Of a stretch of 30,775 nt of DNA, positions 9,020 to 16,870 are shown one piece after another. The DNA comes from a virus (lineage: Duplodnaviria; Caudoviricetes), in the IMG/VR virus record IMGVR_UViG_3300025018_000411, positions 1-30,775 of that record; one strand, given 5' to 3'. Numbering within the stretch: position 1 is the first letter of the stretch; each line of letters starts with the position of its first letter. The notes below the pieces were generated by a model. The model was not told where the DNA came from. It saw only the letters and a list, made by a program, of their open reading frames with translations, and made no database searches. Position numbers and translations under genes: made by a program.

Positions 9020-9380
9020 AGGGTTTTATAAATTTAATTGTTATACCTAGTTCCTTGAGATCTTCTCTGCCGGAAAATTCTTTATCATCTCCGTAGTGAA
9101 CAAACAATAAGTCATCATCAGGAAAGATTTTTCTTAAAGATTTGAAGTTGCCATCGCCTAAGAGCATATTACTTGACTTGATAAAATACTCTAAGTTCTT
9201 AACTCTTTGTTGCAAGTTCTGCTTTGGAAAATTTCCAAACAATTCATAGTGAGGATAATCATCATAAACCAAAACAACTAATTTACCACCAAGACACTGC
9301 TTTTTAGCTTCTTTTATTAAATGATAATCTTTCCTATTAAAGCAATCAAATGCTCCAATGATTAAAACTGTTTTACTCAT
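9006..9380 (-). CDS. Cytidylyltransferase-like protein (TagD/RfaE-like fold) with degenerate HxGH motif
   Basis: LIIGAFD, LIKEAKK, LVVLVYDD, P.QNLQQR..NL, VHYGDD; GAFDCFNRKD replaces GxFDxxHxGH. Confidence 0.7.
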   Translation of the reverse strand: MSKTVLIIGAFDCFNRKDYHLIKEAKKQCLGGKLVVLVYDDYPHYELFGNFPKQNLQQRVKNLEYFIKSSNMLLGDGNFKSLRKIFPDDDLLFVHYGDDKEFSGREDLKELGITIKFIKPYVKA

Positions 9381-9822
9381 TTTGTTCTGTGGATGAAATA
9401 CTTTCTCTTTCCTTTTGTTTTAAGGAAAAAACTAATTCTTTCAACCAAGTTATATTTTGTTTAGCAATCTCCACTTCAGCTTCTTTGGCTTGAAGCTCAT
9501 CTCCTTTTTGTTTTATCATCAATAGTCTTTGAAAGATTTGAGCAATGTTTGCCGGAATTGACTTCATTGTTTCTCCTTGATAATACTCAGGGTTTCTGAT
9601 TTGTCTTAATGCGTGCTTCTCAGCTTCAGCGATATCTTTTTCATCTGTGCCTTCAAAGTTCTGTTTATGGAAGCGATCATATTCTCTTGCCATATCTTTC
9701 AAGACAAAAGAGTGAGCGATATAGCCAAGTTGCATTGACTTTAATTGTTCCTGAGTGCACTCAAGAGAAATTGCATCTAAGTCAATTTCACTAACATTTG
9801 GTTTTAAAAATTTTTCATTCAT
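9373..9822 (-). CDS. Hypothetical coiled-coil protein downstream of portal
   Basis: ORF in operon, start revised to MNEKF 4 nt after portal stop. Confidence 0.7.
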   Translation of the reverse strand: MNEKFLKPNVSEIDLDAISLECTQEQLKSMQLGYIAHSFVLKDMAREYDRFHKQNFEGTDEKDIAEAEKHALRQIRNPEYYQGETMKSIPANIAQIFQRLLMIKQKGDELQAKEAEVEIAKQNITWLKELVFSLKQKERESISSTEQNE

Positions 9823-9826
9823 AGAT

Positions 9827-11785
9827 TTATTGAGCTGATGTTTCACCAACAGCTTTTACATTATTAGTTTGATTATTTGAATTTGATTGTTGAGAGTTTT
9901 GATTGGCTAGTTGATTGGCTGCAATATTTTGCATTGATCCTCCTTGCATTTGCATTTGAGCTTCTCTAGCCATTTGTGCTTGACCAGTTTCAAAGTAAAG
10001 TTGTTTGTGTGCGTTGATATGAGCAACTGTTGCCGGAGTTTGTTCAGCTTGTCCGTGAATAACAATGTGAGAGAGATGATCTTCCTCAGCTTGTGCTTCA
10101 ACATCTTTTTTATTATTTCGGTTAAGCAATTCATTCTCCATATTGGCTTTCATTTCATCAGGAGTTTTTGGTGAGATAACATTTATTTCTTCTTGAGAAA
10201 TTCCATATAGTCTTAACAAGTGTCTTTCAGCATATCTCTTTGAAGCGATTGGTTTTGTCGGATCTCCATTGATGATTGGCAACACTGCAGCAAAGGCCGC
10301 TCTATCTCTCAACCTATTTTGTTCCATCTCAAGCTTAGATCCAATTTTAATATCAGGATCATTGATGGAAATAAAATCCTTTCTTGTTAGAGCAATAAAA
10401 TTATCATTCATTGCTGACTTCAAACGGATAACTTTCTTTTCAGCTGCAGCAAAGTTTTGTTTATAAAGTCTATACCATAGCTTCCAAAATCTTCTTTCTC
10501 CCCAAGCATTTATCTTTGAGCCAAGTAAGAAACGAAGATTGGCATTGGCTGTTGTCTGTTGCACTTCACCAAGAGTTCTTTGTTGGTCTGATAAAACACC
10601 GGAAGCATTTTTATCTATTCCAGTTGAGATTTCAATATCTCCATCAAGTGCTTGAATAACATTTAGTGAAGTATCTAGCTTAGAGCCTGACTTATTCAAA
10701 GGCCTAACAACTGTATCTCCAACATCTCCACGAACAGCAATGAACTTATTAAAAGCAAAATCAAGATCCCTTCTGTTTAGGATCTTATCTCGGTTATACA
10801 TATACATTGGATAGATATCAGCCTTAGCAGCGCTCATCTGTAAATTCTTAAATACCGATTTAGCTCTTTGCTTATCTTCAACTAGATCAGGAACTGAAGT
10901 CCCAAAAGGATCTGTTCTGTTTGGTGAGTAGTAGTTAAGAGCCAATGGAAATGGAACTAATGATGGATCTTCTTTTTCGGCAGCAGTGATTGCTTTAATT
11001 TCTTCAAACCGGAAAATGTTTGTAACTTCATCATCAAAGGTAACAAGAAACTTTCGGTTGATGCCATCGCTTCCTTTAATCTCCATAAACTGATCAACCA
11101 TATCATAGGAAATATTGTTCTTGTTTTTATTGTGTTGATCTTCAACATCATCTAGTCCTTGCGCTTCTCTATAAGCTGCTTCAGTGAGTTCGCTATCTGT
11201 TCCTCTCTTGCCTGATTTTTCTTTAAGTAAGTGAAGATTTATAAAGCCTCTCTCCGGTGTCATCTGTGATCTGTTATAAGAAACTTCAAAACCATTCCAT
11301 CTGAAATTATTAATAATCAAATGACCACTAGGATCAGGCAGCCAAGTTAATGGGTTTAAAGATTTTGGAATAGGAGTTTTTGTTTTCTTATTCCATCCTG
11401 ATAATTGTCTAATACCAACTCCAAAGAAGAAGCGATCCCATTGCACTAAATAATTTAGAACATCCATTCCCATTTCTTCATAATCAAACTTAGCAAGATC
11501 TTCAGTATTGGCTGCAGCAGTAACATCTCCCATATCACGACCGGAGAAGGTAACTTGCATTTCGTCTGAATAATAAACAGCAAGCATTGTATTCATCACA
11601 TTGAAGATGGAAGTATCTCCAATTTTATCTTTCTGTTTTCTTTGATTGTTGTAGAGTTTTAATCTATCTCTAAATTCAATTCTTTTTTCTCTGACATAAT
11701 CTCTTGATAATCTAATCTCCTCTTTGGCTTGCGCAATTATATCATCATAATTATAATCAATCTTTGCTAATTTTTCCTCAGTCAT
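9827..11785 (-). CDS. Portal protein (P22-like podoviral)
   Basis: ~652 aa after TerL; DPFGTSVPDLVEDKQR, I...TGI....SG, RTLGEV, DHLSHI..H, Q/N-rich tail. Confidence 0.88.
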   Translation of the reverse strand: MTEEKLAKIDYNYDDIIAQAKEEIRLSRDYVREKRIEFRDRLKLYNNQRKQKDKIGDTSIFNVMNTMLAVYYSDEMQVTFSGRDMGDVTAAANTEDLAKFDYEEMGMDVLNYLVQWDRFFFGVGIRQLSGWNKKTKTPIPKSLNPLTWLPDPSGHLIINNFRWNGFEVSYNRSQMTPERGFINLHLLKEKSGKRGTDSELTEAAYREAQGLDDVEDQHNKNKNNISYDMVDQFMEIKGSDGINRKFLVTFDDEVTNIFRFEEIKAITAAEKEDPSLVPFPLALNYYSPNRTDPFGTSVPDLVEDKQRAKSVFKNLQMSAAKADIYPMYMYNRDKILNRRDLDFAFNKFIAVRGDVGDTVVRPLNKSGSKLDTSLNVIQALDGDIEISTGIDKNASGVLSDQQRTLGEVQQTTANANLRFLLGSKINAWGERRFWKLWYRLYKQNFAAAEKKVIRLKSAMNDNFIALTRKDFISINDPDIKIGSKLEMEQNRLRDRAAFAAVLPIINGDPTKPIASKRYAERHLLRLYGISQEEINVISPKTPDEMKANMENELLNRNNKKDVEAQAEEDHLSHIVIHGQAEQTPATVAHINAHKQLYFETGQAQMAREAQMQMQGGSMQNIAANQLANQNSQQSNSNNQTNNVKAVGETSAQ

Positions 11786-11795
11786 ATTTTTGTTT

Positions 11796-13496
11796 TTAAT
11801 AGACATCTTCCAAGTCATCAGCATTAGCAATGACATTTTGGAAAGCACTGTCCATATTTAGTGGGTTAATATCCTGCTCAAACGGATCATCAACAGGATT
11901 GTGATGAAGTTTTTTCTTTTCTTCATCGGCTAAAGGAACAACTACGATATCAGCCTGATAAGCTTCGGCATCTGATAAGTCATCATTTTTGGCTGCAGGG
12001 AAATCATATAACTCATTGAGCAATTCGTTCGTGTGTCCAACTGGAATGAAATATCCTTGTGAGTTTTTATTTCCTACTGAAATGATTTTGCCTTGCTCAT
12101 AAAAACCTTGCAAAGCACCTTTAATCCGGTTCTCTTTGTTTCTGCCCATCGGCTTTAGCTCCTCAATCACCGGAAAGACTGAGCGCCTATTTTTTTCTTC
12201 TTCAAACAAGGGAAGGATCTGATCGGAAAAAGCTTTTTTTTCTAAGCCAATTTTTATCAATCCTTTGTTAGACCATCTCTCCCAAACTTCAAATAATAAA
12301 TCAATAACTCCCTTAACATTTCTTTTTTCTCTTTTCACTTCTACTCTAAATCTTGCGCCATTCGGAGCAACAAAGACAACAACACATCCAGTATAATCAG
12401 CATTAGCAGTGGTGGCATCAGCAGCATCAATCATTGCATATCCATTGAGGGTTGTTCTTAGTCTTATCTTTTCAAACTCAGCCATTGTTATTCTGTGCTT
12501 AGGAACTTGATAGCTTTGATTTTCATCTTCCGGCTTTGGAATAAGCTCCCATAACCATTCGGCTTTAAAGCTTCTATCTTCTTCAGACACTGGATCATTT
12601 AAATATTCCTGAGCGAAAGCGCTTGTTGATTGTCCTGCTGACATCATATCTTTTTTCTTTTGTTCTAATCTCTCAAATGACCATCGTGAAGGCCAAAGCA
12701 AAGTATTTTCAGGATCATTAGGATCATAGGCCTTATATATTTTGCCTCCGTGATTGTCAATAAGTTTTTTTAATAAACTATCTTGATGGAGAATTGTTCC
12801 AAAAACTTTTATAGCTCCAATAATATCTATTGCCGGTTGAACTCCCTTGTTATAATTGTTCTCATACTTCTGTCTTTGTTCAGGAGAATTAATATGCTCA
12901 TCTTCTTCCACATCATCTAGGATAATAAGATCAGGCCGCCATTGTCTTGTCTTTAGACCACGAATAGTTGAGTTAAATCCTTTACCACGAATACGAACTC
13001 CGTTGATAAAAACATCTCCTTGCGCTTCTTTTTGTTTAACACTATTTGTTATAAGTCCATTGTCTTTTTCTGCTCCAATGCCAATCAAATAGCCATAATA
13101 ATAATTAATCTTTTCATTATCTATAAACTCATCTGAAACACCTTTGATAACTTCTGAAGCTTCAGTGGCAGTCTTTTCAATTAAAGCTATAAAGTTTCTT
13201 AATCGGTGAGCGCAAATATAAATCAAGCATAACTGAATAACTGTCGTTTTAGAAAATCCACGAGGAGCAGCAGTATATTCATTCTTCTTTGACATAATCC
13301 TTGCTATCAAATCTCTATGAAAAAACGGACTTTCATCTCTCAGATAGTGAGGCATTATGTAGTGGCCAAACAATAAGATCTTGTCAATCATTTCATCTTC
13401 ATCATCATAGTTTTTAAAGAACGAAACTATTGCATCCTTGTTGTTTATAATAATCAAATCTTCCAGATCTGTTTTCAGCTGTTTATTTAATATCAT
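11796..13496 (-). CDS. terL: Terminase large subunit
   Basis: Walker A APRGFSKTT, Walker B RPDLIILDDVE, FGT coupling motif, FAQEYLNDP, nuclease IDAA...NDDLSDA; ATGA overlap with upstream gene. Confidence 0.95.
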   Translation of the reverse strand: MILNKQLKTDLEDLIIINNKDAIVSFFKNYDDEDEMIDKILLFGHYIMPHYLRDESPFFHRDLIARIMSKKNEYTAAPRGFSKTTVIQLCLIYICAHRLRNFIALIEKTATEASEVIKGVSDEFIDNEKINYYYGYLIGIGAEKDNGLITNSVKQKEAQGDVFINGVRIRGKGFNSTIRGLKTRQWRPDLIILDDVEEDEHINSPEQRQKYENNYNKGVQPAIDIIGAIKVFGTILHQDSLLKKLIDNHGGKIYKAYDPNDPENTLLWPSRWSFERLEQKKKDMMSAGQSTSAFAQEYLNDPVSEEDRSFKAEWLWELIPKPEDENQSYQVPKHRITMAEFEKIRLRTTLNGYAMIDAADATTANADYTGCVVVFVAPNGARFRVEVKREKRNVKGVIDLLFEVWERWSNKGLIKIGLEKKAFSDQILPLFEEEKNRRSVFPVIEELKPMGRNKENRIKGALQGFYEQGKIISVGNKNSQGYFIPVGHTNELLNELYDFPAAKNDDLSDAEAYQADIVVVPLADEEKKKLHHNPVDDPFEQDINPLNMDSAFQNVIANADDLEDVY

Positions 13497-13732
13497 AGTA
13501 AATACCAATCTTCAGCCAGTATTTCTTCTGTTATCAAATCATATTTTTCTCCTTTCTCATCAATGAAGTGTGGAACAAATCCGGTAACTGACATCTGTTT
13601 GTTAAGTTTAATATATCCACTCCAGTCTTGTCTTTTAACTTTCATTCCGGAACGCAAAGCATACATCGCATCCTCAAAATTAAAGGGAGCATTATCTTTC
13701 AGATTTTTAATTTTATCTTCGTCTAATAGCAT
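13493..13732 (-). CDS. DUF2829 family protein (Tad2-like anti-defence sponge candidate)
   Basis: NFEDAM.AL.SG.KVKRQDWSG ... EILAEDW matches the DUF2829 N- and C-terminal signatures. Confidence 0.7.
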   Translation of the reverse strand: MLLDEDKIKNLKDNAPFNFEDAMYALRSGMKVKRQDWSGYIKLNKQMSVTGFVPHFIDEKGEKYDLITEEILAEDWYLL

Positions 13733-13871
13733 AATATTTTATTTTAAAATAATTAAATAACTTTTTGATAAGAGCTTCTATAAGAAAATATAAACCGGCA
13801 AATAAAATAATCAGAGTTGAAAACAACATTATCAAACCAATGGTTGCAAGGATTTCAAATAATAAATACAT
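13713..13871 (-). CDS. Small hydrophobic membrane protein
   Basis: 52 aa, long hydrophobic stretch, ATG 1 nt after TerS stop. Confidence 0.5.
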   Translation of the reverse strand: MYLLFEILATIGLIMLFSTLIILFAGLYFLIEALIKKLFNYFKIKYYAIRRR

Positions 13872-13872
13872 A

Positions 13873-14319
13873 CTACAATTTTTTATTTCTAAACTCATCA
13901 AGCATTTCCTGAACAGCTACCTTTGAAAAAACTTCTCTCTTGATTGCTCGGCTATCTTCTTCATCTTGCTTCCATTCATCAACATATTCAAGAAAAATCT
14001 CAGCGGCTCTAGGATTTCCTGAGAGAGCTTCATCTCTCATTGCTTGCAAGATATCAGGAATATCATCCTGAAAATATCTCTTTGTTAATAATCGCTTGGC
14101 TTTTAAAATCATTGGGTGTCTAAGCCAATAATAATATTGCATTTTTGTTATTCCCAATTTACCCATTGTTATTGGAGGTGATGGTCTTAAGGCTTTAGGA
14201 AGCATAGCAATATTTGCCATTTCAACTTGCCAATCTTCTAATGGATTATCAAATCCGGCTATCTTGATAATCTCCAAACTCGGATCTATTTGAATTTGTA
14301 TTTGATTTTTGTTCTCCAT
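13873..14319 (-). CDS. terS: Terminase small subunit (HTH type)
   Basis: HTH (KLGIT..QYYYWLRHP), L...ALSGNPRAAEIFLEYV; upstream of TerL. Confidence 0.7.
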   Translation of the reverse strand: MENKNQIQIQIDPSLEIIKIAGFDNPLEDWQVEMANIAMLPKALRPSPPITMGKLGITKMQYYYWLRHPMILKAKRLLTKRYFQDDIPDILQAMRDEALSGNPRAAEIFLEYVDEWKQDEEDSRAIKREVFSKVAVQEMLDEFRNKKL

Positions 14320-14746
14320 AATTTATTTCAACTACTCTACTTGGATCTACTTTTTCAATGATATGAACTTCTGCTCTTGGTCTATCAGGATCAACTTTAA
14401 TCCTTCGGCCATTATCATCTACGAAATTATGATTGTCATCGCAAATCATATTTTCTTTTACAAAGGCATCCAAAATTCCTTTGCACATCAGACTATAATT
14501 ATCTCCATCTCTCTCTCTTTGTGTTTCAAAATATAATTTAAAATGAACTCCGATCTTTCCTTGAAAATGATCAGGGAGTGTTCCCTCATCTCTTGCTTTT
14601 CTAATATAAAGCTGAGCAAATCTTTCCCACCTATGTTTTAAAACAACAACATCGCCTTCTTTCTTTCCATATTTAACAACCTTGTTAATGCTATCAGGAG
14701 ATTTCGGAATAACTAGCTTGTAAAAGTTTTTTATAACTTTTGGCAT
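14249..14746 (-). CDS. rusA: RusA-like Holliday junction resolvase
   Basis: P.SIN start, RDGDNY...KGILDA.....ICDDN catalytic motif, PRAEV.I end. Confidence 0.85.
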   Translation of the reverse strand: MPKVIKNFYKLVIPKSPDSINKVVKYGKKEGDVVVLKHRWERFAQLYIRKARDEGTLPDHFQGKIGVHFKLYFETQRERDGDNYSLMCKGILDAFVKENMICDDNHNFVDDNGRRIKVDPDRPRAEVHIIEKVDPSRVVEINYGEQKSNTNSNRSEFGDYQDSRI

Positions 14747-14748
14747 AT

Positions 14749-15174
14749 TTAAAATATTGTGTCATATTCTTGATCTGTTTTAGGCATTGGCGCTTCAGTA
14801 ACTGGAGGAGGTGGCATTCTGTCAATATCTCTTTGGGCTTCTCTCGCATCAATCGCAATTTGGGCAATGCTATCAGGCATTGGAACAACTCTTTTTTCTC
14901 CCTTGTATGTAAGATCTATTTCCTCGCCATCAAGTTCAATCTTTTTTGGTTCTTCAATTTTTGTTTCTGCTTTGGGAGCTTCTCCAGTAACTTCTTTGAC
15001 AACAGCTTTGCCGGTGAAATATTCCTGAAGTGCATCTAGTTGACCTTCAACTAAATTGACTTTATCAAAATCAGCTCGCTTCCATTCGCAATTATTTATA
15101 GCTGATCTCACGACAGCAAAAAAAAGACCAACTCCGTTTTGGTTTGGCTCATTCAAGTTAGGTAAATTTGACAT
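14749..15174 (-). CDS. Hypothetical protein, first gene of late operon
   Basis: 141-aa ORF, Pro/acidic C-terminus. Confidence 0.7.
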   Translation of the reverse strand: MSNLPNLNEPNQNGVGLFFAVVRSAINNCEWKRADFDKVNLVEGQLDALQEYFTGKAVVKEVTGEAPKAETKIEEPKKIELDGEEIDLTYKGEKRVVPMPDSIAQIAIDAREAQRDIDRMPPPPVTEAPMPKTDQEYDTIF

Positions 15175-15190
15175 AAAAATATATTATTTT

Positions 15191-15394
15191 TTATAAGAGT
15201 TGCTTGCAATATCCTGCCGAAAGGACAGGAAGGATTTAACAATTCCCAATGTTAAGCTTGAAGAAAAACTTATTAAACTCCAAGCAGGATATTATAAACA
15301 ACTATATAAATTCAGAAGGCTTATCGGAATTAGAGGAGGTATTCTTATTCCAGTGGACTTTTGCTTCTAGTAACAAAAGGCCTTCTTTATTTAT
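15191..15394 (-). ncRNA. Putative structured RNA leader with two multi-branch domains
   Basis: No ATG on the minus strand; 20-bp stem 15198-15217/15284-15303 enclosing two hairpins; three-way junction closed by 15314-15320/15380-15386; GU pairs favour the minus strand. Confidence 0.6.
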
Positions 15395-15400
15395 AATTTA

Positions 15401-15428
15401 ATTATAGCATATCAACCAAATCTTGCAA
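15401..15428 (-). promoter_or_regulatory. Sigma70 extended -10 promoter for late operon
   Basis: TTGCAA-16 nt-TATAAT with TG extended -10. Confidence 0.7.
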
Positions 15429-15636
15429 AGTAATACTTTTCTTAATGACAAATATGGATATTTATGTTGTAGTAATTATTCTTTAATAAATGTATCTTCT
15501 TTATAACCTTTTCTTTTTTCCCTTAATTTAAAAGCTTTGGGGTTTCTCTTTTTTTCATAATTTTTTCTTTTAATTTATTATTGGGAGCGAAGCGACAAAT
15601 GAGATTTTAGAATAAATTTACTCTCCGAAAGGAGAT

Positions 15637-16098
15637 TTATTTAACCTTCATACTGAACTTATCCACAAGTTGTTTCTTCCTTTCTTTAAAGTTTTCTTTC
15701 TTTTCTTTATTAGTAGTCATATTGACTACAGCTTCTGTAGTCATATTGACTACAGTACTATAGTCATATTGACTATAGCCTTTCTTGTTTATTTCGTAGT
15801 TATACACAGGTTTGCCAAATTTTTTCTTTGCTCCGGCTCTACAATTTATTAAACCTTTATCTAATAATTTTGCGATTGCTCTTTGAATATTTCTCCGGTT
15901 GATCTTCGTGGCTTTTTCAAAAAAAGAAAAACTAATCGGAGCTTGTTTCCGAGAATAACCATAGGTTTGTCTAACAACAACCAAAGCTATTCTAATCTCA
16001 TCCTTTGAGCATACTCTGCCGGACAGGATTATAGCTTCAAGTAATTTGTTGGCAACTCTAGTATAACCATCTTCAAGTTGTGGATTTTCTTTTGACAT
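15637..16098 (-). CDS. Phage replication initiator, lambda O-like N-terminal winged-helix
   Basis: NPQLEDGYTRVANKLLEAI, RQTYGY..K...IS.S.F...T.I.R.NI.RAI.KL; internal iterons; start revised to MSKEN. Confidence 0.85.
   Translation of the reverse strand: MSKENPQLEDGYTRVANKLLEAIILSGRVCSKDEIRIALVVVRQTYGYSRKQAPISFSFFEKATKINRRNIQRAIAKLLDKGLINCRAGAKKKFGKPVYNYEINKKGYSQYDYSTVVNMTTEAVVNMTTNKEKKENFKERKKQLVDKFSMKVK
15659..15778. promoter_or_regulatory. Replication origin: three palindromic iterons, purine-biased AT-rich tract, DnaA box
   Basis: TAGTCATATTGACTA at 15714, 15738, 15761; AT-rich tract ~15670-15712; TTATCCACA at 15659-15667. Confidence 0.8.
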
Positions 16099-16105
16099 AG
16101 GGATT

Positions 16106-16228
16106 TCAGCAATTAAAAAAGCCGAGCGACTTATCTCTGTCCACTCCACCAACACAGGGAGAACCGGACTTTATACCAGTTGGAGATAAGCCATTCGGCT
16201 TCCTAAATTGTTTGTTGGTTTTGGACAT
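16106..16228 (-). CDS. 40-aa leader peptide (uORF) spanning structured RNA
   Basis: MSKTNKQFRKPNGLSPTGIKSGSPCVGGVDRDKSLGFFNC-stop; ATG about 3 nt from the predicted TSS, stop 7 nt before initiator ATG. Confidence 0.45.
   Translation of the reverse strand: MSKTNKQFRKPNGLSPTGIKSGSPCVGGVDRDKSLGFFNC
16110..16227 (-). ncRNA. Attenuator / C4(CI)-like structured RNA upstream of initiator
   Basis: Stems 16119-16125/16195-16201 and 16129-16137/16183-16191, inner hairpin, U6 tail; loop 16138-16154 complementary to 16213-16227. Confidence 0.6.
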
Positions 16229-16237
16229 ATTAAAATT

Positions 16238-16266
16238 ATTATATAGCATTATTGGTTTTTCCTCAA
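16238..16266 (-). promoter_or_regulatory. Sigma70 promoter for leader and initiator
   Basis: TTGAGG-17 nt-TATAAT. Confidence 0.65.
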
Positions 16267-16860
16267 TATTTTTACATTTGTTATTTTCTTGCCAAAATTT
16301 TTGGCGGCTTGAATATCAGTTCCCATATAAATATCAAAGACATCACAGCCATATCTCTTATTCATCCGATCATAGACTTCATATTTTTCGCCTTCAATTT
16401 CAACGATTGTTCCTTTGAGATAACAGTTATTGGCCACAATTTTATTTTCCATTCCAGTTATATCTCCAAATGCTCCCCAAAATGGGGTTGCATCGGTTTG
16501 CGCTTCCACTGAATTATAGGCATAAACAGTTCCGGTGAACTCATCTAGCACTTTAAATAGATTCGATTGCTTCTCAGCATCACCGGATTGAGGCAGAACT
16601 GGCTCAGGTGAAGCGATAGCCTCCTGAACTGATACTTTTGCCTCCAAAGACTTAAAATCGCTTAGATGGGATTGTATGGCCAAAACCGGTGTTGTCCATA
16701 AAACGATATTAAGAACGATCATAATTTGGAATTTGTAAAACCATTTAACCATTTCTTTTTCTCTGTTGGTTAGTGGAAGATAATTCCTTGAGCTTTTTAG
16801 AATACTACCCATAAGCATTAAACGAGCAGCATTGTTGATTTTTGTTTTTATTTTATTCAT
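16249..16860 (-). CDS. Membrane-anchored 3D-domain (MltA-like) peptidoglycan-acting protein
   Basis: TM segment then AYNSVEAQTDATPF, IVANN...GT.VEI, V.DRMNKRY...FDIYM.....AKNFG; start revised to MNKIK. Confidence 0.8.
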   Translation of the reverse strand: MNKIKTKINNAARLMLMGSILKSSRNYLPLTNREKEMVKWFYKFQIMIVLNIVLWTTPVLAIQSHLSDFKSLEAKVSVQEAIASPEPVLPQSGDAEKQSNLFKVLDEFTGTVYAYNSVEAQTDATPFWGAFGDITGMENKIVANNCYLKGTIVEIEGEKYEVYDRMNKRYGCDVFDIYMGTDIQAAKNFGKKITNVKILRKNQ

Positions 16861-16870
16861 ATATTTGTTT

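Noticed and set aside
15432-15558. Small minus-strand ORF starting MKKRETPKLLN
   Set aside because: Stops after 11 codons; may be a frameshifted remnant but cannot be supported
15714-15775. Three palindromic repeats as a mini CRISPR array
   Set aside because: Gaps of only 8-9 nt and location inside an O-like gene indicate iterons
15191-16227. tRNA or known self-cleaving ribozyme in the structured regions
   Set aside because: No T-loop/D-loop consensus or CCA end; no hammerhead core (CUGANGA/GAAA) in the right context
1721-16512. Plus-strand and nested ORFs (1721, 4827, 5464, 6062, 6453, 6925, 9609, 9907, 9944, 10269, 10957, 12856, 13563, 14309, 14694, 14740, 15670, 16212, 16252)
   Set aside because: Shadow ORFs overlapping well-supported minus-strand genes, no recognisable motifs
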